Below are positions 30,507 to 40,881 of a stretch of DNA of 64,000 nucleotides, piece after piece. The position numbers and the translations under genes were made by a program. Position 1 is the stretch's first letter. Every line of letters begins with the position of its first letter. A model generated the notes under the pieces. The model was given only the letters and a program-made list of their open reading frames with translations. It ran no database searches and was not told the origin of the DNA. The DNA comes from a virus (taxonomy: Duplodnaviria > Caudoviricetes): positions 1 to 64,000 of IMG/VR virus record IMGVR_UViG_2895847146_000001. The stretch is one strand, 5' to 3'.

Positions 30507-31613
30507 ATGGCTGACAAGATTCTCGATTACGCCTGGGTGACGGGTAACGCGCCCTTCTACGGTCCGGAAGAGTTCCGGGCCTTCATTCTCAAGTTCATTC
30601 AGGAAGATCCGGAGCTCAATGCCATCATGGTCATTGAGGACGGCATCAAAGCCAAGATGGATGTGCCCTTCGTGGGCCGCTTCGAGAAGGTGACCCACCT
30701 CGACCCCGGTTGCGGTGCGCAGCCCTCGACGCCCCGCATCCCCTTCGACAAGCTCACCTGGGACCCCATGCCCATGCTGGCCTGGATCAAGGAGTGCGCT
30801 ACCGACCTGGACCGCACCTTCATGGCCTGGGGTCTGGACGTGGGCTACAAGCGGGACGACCTGCAAAATGCCCTGATCCGCATCAAAACCGGCAACCTGG
30901 TGCCCGGTGATGCCGGTACCGAGCAGACGGTGGATTACTGGAATGAGTTCGTGCAGGAGCAGTTCATCTCGGCCATCCGTCGCGACATCTACCGCTTCGC
31001 CCTGATGGGCGACAAAACCATCACGGCGGCCCAGCTGACCAAAGGTGCCGATGATGTAAAGAACTACAACGCCGTCGATGGGGCCTTCAAGCAGGTCATT
31101 GCCGCCGGTGCCGACAACCGCGCCTACGAAATCACGGCCAACCAGTCGGCCGATCAGGAGTTGCCCGCCGGCGAGTCCTACAAAATCTTCAAGGCCCTCG
31201 ACAATGCCGCCGAAGGCGACCTGGAGGATGCCGATGACAAGATTCTGCTGGTCACCAGCTCCATTGCCAAGAACTGGCAGGACTACCGTGAGTCGAACGA
31301 CAAGGTGCAGGTGAGCTGGGAGCTCCAGGAAGGTCGCCTGGTGGCGCCCACCTTCCGCGACATTCCGATCATCAAGATCAAGGACCTCGACAAAATCCTG
31401 AAGGCTGACTTCAAGCTGAACGGCAAAATCGACTTGCCGCACCGCGCTCTTCTGACCACGCGCCGCAACCTGCGCGCCGGCTTCGACAGCTACGACGCGG
31501 CTACCGAGGTCGATGCCTTCTATGACCGCAAGGACCGGGAAACCCACCTGCGCGCCATGTTCAAAATGGACGTGAAGGTGATGTCATCGGACCTGATGCT
31601 GGCCGCTTACTAA
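30507..31613 (+). CDS. Major capsid protein
   Basis: 368 aa, strong codon bias, follows the protease; no diagnostic motif. Confidence 0.75.
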   Translation: MADKILDYAWVTGNAPFYGPEEFRAFILKFIQEDPELNAIMVIEDGIKAKMDVPFVGRFEKVTHLDPGCGAQPSTPRIPFDKLTWDPMPMLAWIKECATDLDRTFMAWGLDVGYKRDDLQNALIRIKTGNLVPGDAGTEQTVDYWNEFVQEQFISAIRRDIYRFALMGDKTITAAQLTKGADDVKNYNAVDGAFKQVIAAGADNRAYEITANQSADQELPAGESYKIFKALDNAAEGDLEDADDKILLVTSSIAKNWQDYRESNDKVQVSWELQEGRLVAPTFRDIPIIKIKDLDKILKADFKLNGKIDLPHRALLTTRRNLRAGFDSYDAATEVDAFYDRKDRETHLRAMFKMDVKVMSSDLMLAAY

Positions 31614-31689
31614 GCCTATCCTAGACGAAACAGCCCCGGCCCTACTAAGCCGGGGCCACTGCTCACGAAACTCATAGGAGACTCACGAC

Positions 31690-32253
31690 ATGGCCGTTTG
31701 CCGTCAACTCAAAAAAGGCTCTTCTGCCCCGTGCGAAACGGGTGTAGCGGGCATGAAACCCAAAACCGTGCTGGTGCGCAAGGCCGACATTGCCGGCGTT
31801 GCGCGCCATGCCACCATCAAAAAGGCGGTCACGCTGACGCTGGTTGCCGCCAAAAAAGGCTTCCTCTTCGAAGGCCTGGGCAGCAGCAATGCTGCCCGCG
31901 CCGAGCTGGTACCGGGCAAGTACGGCCCCGGCTACAAGCACGAACTGGACCTGGTGGCCTTTGGCGCCGACCCGGAAACGGCCGAAACGATGGAAGATCT
32001 GGCCGCCGATCCGGAAGGCGTCGTTTCCATCACGCCCGACAACAACGGCTACTACAAGATGCTCGGCCTCAATGCTGGCCTGCGGCCCAGTGCCCTGAAG
32101 AAGGACAGCGAGGATGCTGACCTGGGCGGCGGCATTCAGGGCACCCTCTCGTCGGAGAAGGAAAAAGGCCTGGAAGATTACTTCATGGTGCTCACCGACA
32201 GCGTCTATGACCCGGCGGCCACTAAAGCAGCCTTCGAGGCCCTGTACGCCTAA
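31690..32253 (+). CDS. Probable major tail tube protein
   Basis: 187 aa, strong codon bias, Y..LGL..GL motif. Confidence 0.6.
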   Translation: MAVCRQLKKGSSAPCETGVAGMKPKTVLVRKADIAGVARHATIKKAVTLTLVAAKKGFLFEGLGSSNAARAELVPGKYGPGYKHELDLVAFGADPETAETMEDLAADPEGVVSITPDNNGYYKMLGLNAGLRPSALKKDSEDADLGGGIQGTLSSEKEKGLEDYFMVLTDSVYDPAATKAAFEALYA

Positions 32254-32936
32254 TGCAGGGGGTGAGTGAGCAGTGGGCGGAACGGGCTCGTCAGATAAAA
32301 CTGGCGGGCCTAAGCCGCACCGACTCGACTGAGCTAGCGGCCGTGCATGCCGGCTTATACCCCATGGCCGAGCCCGTTCGGGTAGGCTGCTACAAGTGCC
32401 TGGCCGAAGCCTTCCAAGCCATCCTGCGCGCTGTGCGCACTTTAACCGATTCCCCCAACCCTTCTTTTCCAGCCCCTACGGCCATGAACAAAGTAGATCG
32501 CACGTACTCGTTTACCGACCCCAAGCAAACCTACCGCCCGCACAACTCCCCGGTGGTTTTCTCCAATGAGAACCTGACCGACGCCCGGGTGGCGATGATT
32601 CTGAAAGGCGACCCGGCTGCCGCCGTGCACTTCAGTATTACCGAGGAAGAAGGCCAGGCCTTTGTCCAGGAGCAGGATGCCGTCTTGCAAGCCCTGGCTC
32701 AGAGCCAGCAGCCGACGGGCGACACCGGTACGACCATCACCATCAAGACGGGCGCCAACCCGCTGGCGGACGAGAACAGCGACGACTACAAGGCCGAGTA
32801 CGCCAAGCTCGATACGCTGAAGCGCGACGAGTTGGACAACCTGTTTTCGACCGAGGTTGTCGACGGCCAGGACCCCAAGGCCTTCGCCAACAAAGGCGAA
32901 CTGATCAAAGCCCTGCTGGCCTACCGCGCCAAGTAA
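32253..32936 (+). CDS. Phage structural/hypothetical protein
   Basis: Coupled ORF with CxxC and a C-terminal small helical motif. Confidence 0.55.
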   Translation: MQGVSEQWAERARQIKLAGLSRTDSTELAAVHAGLYPMAEPVRVGCYKCLAEAFQAILRAVRTLTDSPNPSFPAPTAMNKVDRTYSFTDPKQTYRPHNSPVVFSNENLTDARVAMILKGDPAAAVHFSITEEEGQAFVQEQDAVLQALAQSQQPTGDTGTTITIKTGANPLADENSDDYKAEYAKLDTLKRDELDNLFSTEVVDGQDPKAFANKGELIKALLAYRAK

Positions 32937-33019
32937 GCTGCTGTCTCCAATTACTGAAAAAGGCCCGCACCGCACTTGCGGGGCGGGCCTTTTTGCTACC
33001 CTTTCTTCTTTCGCTTGCC

Positions 33020-34309
33020 GTGTCCACTGCTCCAGCTGCTTCTGAATCCAAGCCCCTTACTCCGTTAGCGCAGGCCCAGCGCCAGGTAATCAAGGCCCAG
33101 GTGCCGCTGCGGCCGGACATCATCACGCTGAGCACGCCCACCGACTACCCGAAATGGGGCGATGACAACCTGTATCCGCAGCGCCTGCTCTCGGCCATGG
33201 CCGCCAGTGGTACCGCATCCGTGTGTGCGGAGCGCAAAGCGCAGTTTATCGAAGGCAACGGCTTTATCGATCAGACCTTTTACAAGTCCGTCATTGACCG
33301 GGCCGGCGGCACGCTCGATAGTCTGCTACAGCCTGTAGCCAACAACTCTGCCTACCTGGAAGGCTGGGCCGTGCGCGTAAACATCAACGCCAACGGTTTT
33401 CCCTGCGAAGTGCTGCACCAGCCCAAAGAGCAGGTACGGCCCTATTATCCGGACGCCGATGGCGTGACCCGCTGGTGTGGTTTGGTGCGCAACCCGGCCG
33501 CCATGGCGCGCCGCGGGGCTACCTACGCTAGCCGCTCGGGCTTGCAGAAAGTGCCCGTGTTCAACCCGCGTGAAAAGCCCGAGGAGCGACTGAAGCGGAT
33601 TTCGGAGTGGAAAAACGAGAAGGGCGAACTCGTGGGCCTGAAGGGCTACCCGGGAGAAATCTACTACTGGTTCCAGAAACGAACCGGAGCCTATCTGCAC
33701 CCGCGCCCGCTCATTGATGCGGTGCTGGATGACGTGTATTCGGAGCCAATGCTCAAGCGCAGCCGAGCCGCTGACTTGGATGGCCGCTATTCGGCGCAGG
33801 TAATGATTACCGAGTTCGGCACTGCCAGCCCGCCGCAGGAAGTGCTGGACGCGAACGTGGTGAAGTACGGTGCCTTCGTAGGCCCCGACGGCGGCCGGGT
33901 GCTGGTGCAGTATGCCGACCGGGTAGAAAACAAGCCCGCTGTCGATACGCTTACGGCGCCGGATGCCAGCAAGCGCTACGTGACCGATGAAGAGGCAATC
34001 AAAGGCAACATCCGAGAAGCCATGCAAATGCCGGGTGTACTGCTGGGTCGGGAAATAGCAGGTAAGCTGGGAAGCTGGCAGGAGTTTCAGGATGCCGTGG
34101 CCTACGTGCAGGCCCTAGTGGTCAACTCGGCTCAGCGCAGCATCGAGCGGGGCTTCGAAGCCGTGTTCCGGAATTTTCAGAAAGCGGACGGCACGTTCCC
34201 CTTCCAGCAGCTGCAGGATTTCTCTATTCAAAACCTGACACTGGAGCAAGCCGCGAAGCTAGCCGGCGTGTCGCAACCCGCCTCGACGGATGGAACATCT
34301 ACTGTTTAG
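33020..34309 (+). CDS. Portal protein
   Basis: WGDDNLYPQ.L..SGTA..C...K..FIEGNGF, PGVLLG...GKLG; GTG start assumed. Confidence 0.8.
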   Translation: MSTAPAASESKPLTPLAQAQRQVIKAQVPLRPDIITLSTPTDYPKWGDDNLYPQRLLSAMAASGTASVCAERKAQFIEGNGFIDQTFYKSVIDRAGGTLDSLLQPVANNSAYLEGWAVRVNINANGFPCEVLHQPKEQVRPYYPDADGVTRWCGLVRNPAAMARRGATYASRSGLQKVPVFNPREKPEERLKRISEWKNEKGELVGLKGYPGEIYYWFQKRTGAYLHPRPLIDAVLDDVYSEPMLKRSRAADLDGRYSAQVMITEFGTASPPQEVLDANVVKYGAFVGPDGGRVLVQYADRVENKPAVDTLTAPDASKRYVTDEEAIKGNIREAMQMPGVLLGREIAGKLGSWQEFQDAVAYVQALVVNSAQRSIERGFEAVFRNFQKADGTFPFQQLQDFSIQNLTLEQAAKLAGVSQPASTDGTSTV

Positions 34310-34802
34310 CCTGGAAGATTTCAAGCCTTACCAGGAACTGCCCGAGAATATGCGGCTGGATCGAATGGCACCCCACATGTACGAGGCGCAGCGGCGGTTG
34401 AAGACTGTGCTTACGGGGCCGTTACTGGCGGAGTTGGCCCGGCGTCACAAGGCCACGGAGTTGACAGAGGACTACCTGGAGCTGCACAGCAAGGCGCTGC
34501 CGGTGCTCGTGCATGCCGCGCTGGCGTACTTCTGGCCCTTCTCCCAAACGACGCTTACGGCAGTGGGCCTGCGGCAAAAGAACAGCCAGTACTCGGATCC
34601 AGTGGACCCACGCACACTGGCTAGCCAGGCCGCAATTTTCGACGGCCGGGCCCTGAGCTACGAGGTGGAGCTGCGCGCTTGGCTCATCGTCCACGCGGCC
34701 AGCTTTGTCGGCTTCTATCCGGATGCCTCGCACTGCGGAGCTCAGCCGGTCCCGAGCCGCATGCCGACGGTGGTGGTACAGGCAATCCGTCGACCCCGCT
34801 AA
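34290..34802 (+). CDS. Putative head-tail adaptor
   Basis: Follows the portal; EAQ..L..VL..L, helical 170 aa. Confidence 0.55.
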   Translation: MEHLLFSLEDFKPYQELPENMRLDRMAPHMYEAQRRLKTVLTGPLLAELARRHKATELTEDYLELHSKALPVLVHAALAYFWPFSQTTLTAVGLRQKNSQYSDPVDPRTLASQAAIFDGRALSYEVELRAWLIVHAASFVGFYPDASHCGAQPVPSRMPTVVVQAIRRPR

Positions 34803-34813
34803 TTCCCTTATCC

Positions 34814-35425
34814 GTGAATCCCGTGCGTCATACCCACACTGAATTCTTTAAGCTTCTGGGCTTCCAGGGCGCACGGGACATGGTGGCTTCTGCTTTCGGG
34901 CTGAAGGCCTATCCCCTACCCTTGCTCAAAATCCAGCTCAGCGGCACATTGTTGGCAGCCGTGGTGGCCTTCTGCGCCAAGTGGATCTGGAGCCCGCCCT
35001 CGGCCATGTTCCTGCTGCTGGCCCTGGACCTACTCAATGCCCGCTACGGCTACCTGGCCGACGTGAAACTACGGGGCGGGCGCTTCCACTGGGATGAGCT
35101 GCAGCGCACGGCCGGCAAGATGCTGGCCACGCTGCTGGTGCTCATGGCCGTCAAGAATGCCATCAACAGCTACGAGTACTACAGCTACGCGGCTGACGTG
35201 GTGTTTGCCTGGCTCTTCACCCATAAGCTGCGCAAGCTGGTGGTCAAGATGGTGGCCCTGAAAGTCGTCGAGGGCGGTCTGCCCAAACTCATTCTGGGCC
35301 TGCTGGCCAGCAAGTTCGGCCCCTACATCGTCGATGCGGTGCAGAAGAAAGAGCCGGCCCCTGAACCTGCTTCCGAATTGGTAGCCGCCGGCGGTACTCC
35401 ACCAGCTGGCCCAACTACTCCTTAA
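34814..35425 (+). CDS. Holin-like membrane protein
   Basis: Several transmembrane segments, upstream of the endolysin. Confidence 0.65.
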   Translation: MNPVRHTHTEFFKLLGFQGARDMVASAFGLKAYPLPLLKIQLSGTLLAAVVAFCAKWIWSPPSAMFLLLALDLLNARYGYLADVKLRGGRFHWDELQRTAGKMLATLLVLMAVKNAINSYEYYSYAADVVFAWLFTHKLRKLVVKMVALKVVEGGLPKLILGLLASKFGPYIVDAVQKKEPAPEPASELVAAGGTPPAGPTTP

Positions 35426-35436
35426 CCCTATCGAGC

Positions 35437-35994
35437 ATGCTACTCACCAAACAACTCCTGCTGGCGGCCGTGACCGGCTGCAGCGCGGCCGAAGCCGACA
35501 AGTTCCTCAAACCCCTGAACGACACGCTGGCCCGCTACAACATCAGCACGCCGCTGCGCATCGCCCACTTCCTGGCCCAGATCGGGCACGAGTCCGTGGG
35601 CCTGGATGCCGTCCGGGAATACGCTTCCGGAGCTGCCTACGAGGGGCGCAAGGACCTGGGCAACATCCTGCCCGGCGACGGGGTGCGCTTCCGGGGGCGC
35701 GGCTTGATTCAGATTACTGGTCGGGCCAACTACTACGCCCTAAGCCGGGCTTTCGGCGTGGACTTCGTGGCCAACCCCGTGCTGCTGGAGAGTCCCCAAT
35801 ACGCCGCCCTCTCGGCCGGCTGGTACTGGAAAGGCCGAGGCCTGAACGAGTTGGCCGACGGCAACTTCTTTCTGACCATCACCAAGCGCATCAACGGCGG
35901 TACCAATGGCCTGGCTGATCGAGAGCGCCGCTTCCTGGTAGCCGCCAAAGCGCTGGGTGTGCCCGGTGGCATCGTGCCCAAAGTCACTGCCTAG
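35437..35994 (+). CDS. GH19 endolysin
   Basis: AHFLAQIGHES, RFRGRGLIQITGRANY, TKRINGGTNGLADR. Confidence 0.95.
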   Translation: MLLTKQLLLAAVTGCSAAEADKFLKPLNDTLARYNISTPLRIAHFLAQIGHESVGLDAVREYASGAAYEGRKDLGNILPGDGVRFRGRGLIQITGRANYYALSRAFGVDFVANPVLLESPQYAALSAGWYWKGRGLNELADGNFFLTITKRINGGTNGLADRERRFLVAAKALGVPGGIVPKVTA

Positions 35995-36037
35995 CATTTC
36001 ACCACTTTACCAACTCACCTTTTAACCTCTTCCTGCC

Positions 36038-36217
36038 ATGCTGAAGCGTCTGCCTACTATCGTCGTTTTCCTGATTCTCGTGCTCGAGCTGGTGCTGGCC
36101 TGGCAGCTGCGCCTGCCCGAAGGCTGGCCCCGGGCCGTGGCTGCCCTTGTCGTGGTGCTCACCCTGGTGGTGCTCTACCTCGTGACCCACAAGGCCGCCG
36201 GCGAAAAGCTGCTCTGA
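36038..36217 (+). CDS. Small two-TM membrane protein
   Basis: MLKRLPTIVVFLILVLELVLAW...; 59 aa, coupled to the next gene. Confidence 0.6.
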   Translation: MLKRLPTIVVFLILVLELVLAWQLRLPEGWPRAVAALVVVLTLVVLYLVTHKAAGEKLL

Positions 36218-36675
36218 TGTTCTGGCTGCTCTACAATCTGTTCGCGCTGGTGGATGGGCTTTGTGATGCGCTGCTCTACGGGCTAAAGGGTGCCGAGTCC
36301 TTCAAGTGGAATGAGCACCAGCCGCTCGTCGCGCGGCGCATCCTGGCCGTGCTGGCTTCCCTGGGTGCCGGTATCGATGCCGTGCTGATCGGAGTTGGCT
36401 CGGTAGAAGGCTGGCCCGTGTGGCTCATCTGGCTACTCTGGGAAGTGGCTGCGGCCGGGCTGAGCTTTTCGCTCTTCCACAACGAGGCCTACAACTTCGG
36501 CCGGGTCTGGATCCGGGAGCAAACCCTGCGCAAGGCCTGGGCCGTGTTCGAATTCAATTACAAATCTGCTACCACGTCCGCCCGCTGGGACTTCGACGGC
36601 ACCCAGCGCTGGGTCATGGCCGGCGGGGCCGTGGTGTGGCTTGGGGTGGGGCTTGTCTTACTTATGAAACTGTAA
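36217..36675 (+). CDS. Membrane protein in the lysis region
   Basis: Several hydrophobic helices. Confidence 0.6.
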   Translation: MFWLLYNLFALVDGLCDALLYGLKGAESFKWNEHQPLVARRILAVLASLGAGIDAVLIGVGSVEGWPVWLIWLLWEVAAAGLSFSLFHNEAYNFGRVWIREQTLRKAWAVFEFNYKSATTSARWDFDGTQRWVMAGGAVVWLGVGLVLLMKL

Positions 36676-36679
36676 CAGT

Positions 36680-37237
36680 ATGCGCTACTTTTTATTCCTC
36701 GCGCTGGCGCTGGCCAGCTGCACTACTACCCGCCACGCTGAGCAACCCGACGTGCTGAGCCTGCTCACGCCCGACATTCTACCACCGACCAGCGAACTGC
36801 CCGACTCGCTGCCCAAGCAGGGCTCTTCACACGCTCCGCCTGACAGGCCTGGGTTTGTCAAGCGGACCGCGGCCAAAGTCGTGGCGGCCGTGAAAGGCTC
36901 GGGGAAGTTCAAGAACAAGGGCACCATCATCTACCAGGTGGGCGCCAGCAACACAGCCAGCTCAGCTACGAAGCCCGGCACCATGGCCACCGGTACCGGC
37001 GCCTCGGCTACCGATGTCAAGAAAGCTGACGGTCCGATACAGGTGGGGCGGGGCAATCAGGCTACCGACAACAGTAAGGCCGGCCAGCGAGGTGGCGCAG
37101 CTGCGACAGGCGAAGGCAGCACCCTCACTGCGCCAACTGCACCGACTACTTGGTGGAAGTGGCTGCTACTCGGACTTGGACTGGGTTTCTTGGCGCCGAA
37201 GGTGGTAATGAAATTCATTCCGTCACTATTCACTTAG
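36680..37237 (+). CDS. Candidate unimolecular spanin
   Basis: Lipobox LASC plus C-terminal TM (WWKWLLLGLGLGFLA). Confidence 0.6.
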   Translation: MRYFLFLALALASCTTTRHAEQPDVLSLLTPDILPPTSELPDSLPKQGSSHAPPDRPGFVKRTAAKVVAAVKGSGKFKNKGTIIYQVGASNTASSATKPGTMATGTGASATDVKKADGPIQVGRGNQATDNSKAGQRGGAAATGEGSTLTAPTAPTTWWKWLLLGLGLGFLAPKVVMKFIPSLFT

Positions 37238-37316
37238 AGCGTTCATAACGAATAATTCACACTGGCTGCAGAAATATTCAACTAAGTTTACTCCTCATTC
37301 ATTTCAGCCAATTTAT

Positions 37317-38216
37317 ATGTCTCAGATTATCTACTCGCGGCTTGGTCGCCATTTTTCTGCCCTTCTGCTAGGAGGTGCGCTCCTCCTTTCATCTTGCTCG
37401 AAAGACCTAGACGTGGTGCCAAGCTCAGCACCAACCCCTGTTGCTCAATCAGGTAACGCGTTGGCCGCCTATGGTGATGTCGTAGCGGGATATCAAGCGT
37501 GGTTCCGGTATGACTCGGGCACACCTTTCTATAGTGTAACACTGCTTTACCCTGAGCTAGCAGAAGATATCCGCCTAGAGTTTTGGCAAGGATCTAACCT
37601 GGTTCTTGTTGCGCATGACGCATATACCTATATCGGTGATGATACCTCGGCTAATTCAGCGCGCTTCTTCCAATTTCACTATACCATCCCGACGCAACTA
37701 GCCCCGGGTACCTATACCCTAATTATCCGGACACAATCGGATGATAAAACGCTCACGGTTCCATACAACCATGATCCTAGTAATTATGTACGTTCACTGT
37801 CGGCCACTGTGAATGTTCTACCCACCCCTGTTGCCACGCGTTTGGGGACCGGCCTTTACCCTAGTACTCAGCCATCTTCGAGTCCTTATTCCCAGACCTT
37901 GAACTGGGACCCCTCTCGGTTCTCGGCTGGTACAGATTACCTTCGAGCATTTGCGAAAAATCAGTCTACCGGTACGTTATATCAACTGACTGATGCGAAT
38001 GAGTACTACCTGCGAGCGACGCCTCCTTATGGAGGCCCCGTTTATTACAGCTATTTTCAGAATACCGGCACAACGGAAGTGACCTTGAACGAGGCGAATC
38101 AGCCTCCGTTTTTGCCCGATGGATATTACTCCTTCTTCATTAATGACTTTGCGTTAAAGACGATTGGTGGATACTCGGCACCGATCGGAACAGGAATTGC
38201 GCCTGAGGTGCCATAG
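37317..38216 (+). CDS. Lipoprotein (moron)
   Basis: LLLSSC lipobox, Tyr/beta-rich; terminator at ~38237-38268. Confidence 0.7.
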   Translation: MSQIIYSRLGRHFSALLLGGALLLSSCSKDLDVVPSSAPTPVAQSGNALAAYGDVVAGYQAWFRYDSGTPFYSVTLLYPELAEDIRLEFWQGSNLVLVAHDAYTYIGDDTSANSARFFQFHYTIPTQLAPGTYTLIIRTQSDDKTLTVPYNHDPSNYVRSLSATVNVLPTPVATRLGTGLYPSTQPSSSPYSQTLNWDPSRFSAGTDYLRAFAKNQSTGTLYQLTDANEYYLRATPPYGGPVYYSYFQNTGTTEVTLNEANQPPFLPDGYYSFFINDFALKTIGGYSAPIGTGIAPEVP

Positions 38217-38434
38217 AAGAGGCCTCTAGCAACATATAAAAAAGCCCCGTCGTAGGTCGGGGCTTTTTCGTTTCTTACCCTCGTGAATAGACGCTTCTCT
38301 ACGTTAGAAAACCTGCTGGACTTTCTGGCTTATCACCCCTGGTTACGGTGGCCGAGGAAAATCTTGAAGTGGGCCTTCCTGGCATTACTTGTTTTCGGAG
38401 TAGGCAAGTACCTGCTCTTAACGTTTCTGGCCTG

Positions 38435-38689
38435 ATGCCTATTTCCCACTACGGCTTCCGCGCACTTCCATTCCCGGAGCAACTAGCTGTCATCTGGGCC
38501 GAGGGCACCTTCCTGGCCACGCGCTGGGAGGAAGAGGATGCCGTGAACCTGTACCACATGGGCACCTTCTTCGCCGAGGTGTTTTATGACCCAGACGAGA
38601 ACAAGATGTTGAGCACACGCACTTTCACGAGTAGGGAGTGCCTATTAGACTATGCTGTATTTATCAAGCTGAATGACTTGGAAACATGA
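38435..38689 (+). CDS. Hypothetical protein
   Basis: GTFLATR.E...VNLY....FFAEVFY, small Bacteroidota-type protein. Confidence 0.65.
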   Translation: MPISHYGFRALPFPEQLAVIWAEGTFLATRWEEEDAVNLYHMGTFFAEVFYDPDENKMLSTRTFTSRECLLDYAVFIKLNDLET

Positions 38690-38740
38690 AAAAGTCCTAG
38701 CCATTTGGTCAGGGCTTTTTTGTAACGTTGTAGTTCCACT

Positions 38741-39595
38741 ATGACAGTTCTTACGTCAATGACAGAAAAAGTAGGTTTAATCAGAAACCCTCTTACAATT
38801 ATTGCGATTTTCGCTGGTATCGCAGAAGTAAGTGGTACTATCGTAGCACCATTGTTAGAGAAGGAAAACCAAAAGATATTCGTATGGTTTTTAATGTTCT
38901 TTCCGACTTTACTTATTGGCTTATTTTTTTATATTTTATACAATAAAAATAAAGTTTTATATGCTCCTTCTGACTTTGCAGATGAAAGACATATAGCCTA
39001 TATTTTTGATAAGGAAGCATCGAAATCTGTTCCAGTAGAAGTGGTTTATGATAGTTCAAGTTCTATTAATGTTAGTGCTTCAGGGCAGATAAATGTTTCT
39101 CAAGAAGGTAATCTTTCTACATCGCTAGGTGAGAATAGTGTTCAAAAAGATAATGTAATACTGGATTATAGTGTTCTCTCTACTTTATATGAAGTTGGAG
39201 GATTTGTAAGACATATGTCAACATTTGGCTACAATTTCGATATATATAACCCGGTTAACAAGGAAGATCATCCATCTATTAACCCTATTATCAACAATAG
39301 AGGATTGTGGATTGGAACTAATGTTCCATTGAATATTGCAAAGCAGGTAATTCAAGAGACTACAAATTATTACCGACACATAGAATACATAGCTTTGGTA
39401 GGTGGCCGCACTACTAATTTTTTGAATAATGATAAGAATAGTCCAAGAAATATGGTATTCGTTGGAGGAGCAACTAAGGCTGCTATTGATATGTATAATC
39501 TAAGACCGATGTCAGCGCAAGATTTAAGCAAAGTGCAAACGTTGACAAGCGTGAGTGAGCTACACTCCTTTTTATTAAGTTTCGTAGTTACATAG
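38741..39595 (+). CDS. Two-TM N-terminus protein, candidate defence effector
   Basis: NPLTIIAIFAGIAE...FP.LL..LFF..L....LYAPSDF; AT-rich. Confidence 0.7.
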   Translation: MTVLTSMTEKVGLIRNPLTIIAIFAGIAEVSGTIVAPLLEKENQKIFVWFLMFFPTLLIGLFFYILYNKNKVLYAPSDFADERHIAYIFDKEASKSVPVEVVYDSSSSINVSASGQINVSQEGNLSTSLGENSVQKDNVILDYSVLSTLYEVGGFVRHMSTFGYNFDIYNPVNKEDHPSINPIINNRGLWIGTNVPLNIAKQVIQETTNYYRHIEYIALVGGRTTNFLNNDKNSPRNMVFVGGATKAAIDMYNLRPMSAQDLSKVQTLTSVSELHSFLLSFVVT

Positions 39596-39770
39596 ATTGT
39601 TGCTAATAAACTGGCTATGAAGTATGCTAAATGGGTAGATGTCGTATTTATCCATTTTCTCCTTTTTGCTTGTTTCTAACCCGAGATCGTTTCAACCAAT
39701 ATACCCTGACTTACATCTCGGGACATTTCTGTAACGTTGTAATTCTGACCTTCCTCTCAACTTATCCTAT

Positions 39771-40874
39771 ATGTCCGACGAAGAAAACAAGTCTCTAATT
39801 AATGTTAAAGATTTAGCTGGGCTATCAGGACCGCTAACTAAACTGGTAGAAACCATTAACAATGCAGGTGCTCGTGTAAGCGATGCAGTCCAATGCTTAG
39901 CCAACGTGCTTGTTCTAGATAAAAAAAGAGCTGAAAACGAAGCTCACCGCATCCGAACTGTTGGCGCAGCCGAAACTCAGACAACTACTGAGAGGGCGAA
40001 GGCTTATATGGAGTTTATTAATGGGGGACAGGCCCAACTACAGGAAATGAATTTCGACGGAAAAGAGGCCTCTGCTAAGCTCATAGGTATCCCTGCTGAG
40101 GTAAAGAACCTTAAGCAGCGAGTAGAAAATAGAGTGATGTATGAAAACGTCCTGCATCAACTGAATAGGGAGGCTGTTCAGGACTTTGCAGCTCAAGCTC
40201 TAGCTAATGAAGAAGATGTTTCTGAGGAGCCTGTTAACCCAGATTGGACAGCAAGGCTCTTCAATATATCTCAGGAAGTGAGCTCAGAAGAGATGCACGC
40301 TCTATTTGGAAAGATACTTGCGGGTGAAATTAAAAAGCCAGGTTCCTTCTCTCTAAGAACTCTAGAGGTAGTAAGGAATCTTACAAGTAACGAAGCCGCA
40401 CTGCTAAAAAAGGTAGCACCTTTTGTTTGTAATAGTAAAGGAACCGGGGTTCTACTAACAGGGCTAAGTGATTACGATGGCGAGTTTCTATCAAGACAGG
40501 GTATATCGCATTTAGATAAAGTGACTTTAAGCGACGCAGGTTTGCTATCTGCCCATGATACGGTACTTGCTTCCGTTACAGGGCCCTGTCGTTCAGGTCT
40601 CGCTCTTGGTAATATTGCTTTCATCTACGAATTTGATGAAGAAAAGAAATTTACTTTCAAGGGCCTGCCTCTTACTTCAGCGGGCTTTAACCTATTTAAA
40701 CTGATTGTCAAAGACATAGAAGTTAATATTGAAGTTATAGAAGAAATAGGAAAGAAAATGTTCAAGGCTGGTGTAGACAGACTTTCTTATGGTCGTGTTA
40801 TCGGTAGCACTGAGACTGGTATGCTTGTCGAGGACAACCCTACTAATCTCGATTACCTAAAAGAAGTAAGATAA
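39771..40874 (+). CDS. DUF2806-family protein
   Basis: V.PDW..RLF....VSSEEM..LFGKILAGEIKKPGSFSLRTL. Confidence 0.8.
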   Translation: MSDEENKSLINVKDLAGLSGPLTKLVETINNAGARVSDAVQCLANVLVLDKKRAENEAHRIRTVGAAETQTTTERAKAYMEFINGGQAQLQEMNFDGKEASAKLIGIPAEVKNLKQRVENRVMYENVLHQLNREAVQDFAAQALANEEDVSEEPVNPDWTARLFNISQEVSSEEMHALFGKILAGEIKKPGSFSLRTLEVVRNLTSNEAALLKKVAPFVCNSKGTGVLLTGLSDYDGEFLSRQGISHLDKVTLSDAGLLSAHDTVLASVTGPCRSGLALGNIAFIYEFDEEKKFTFKGLPLTSAGFNLFKLIVKDIEVNIEVIEEIGKKMFKAGVDRLSYGRVIGSTETGMLVEDNPTNLDYLKEVR

Positions 40875-40881
40875 TGAGGCG

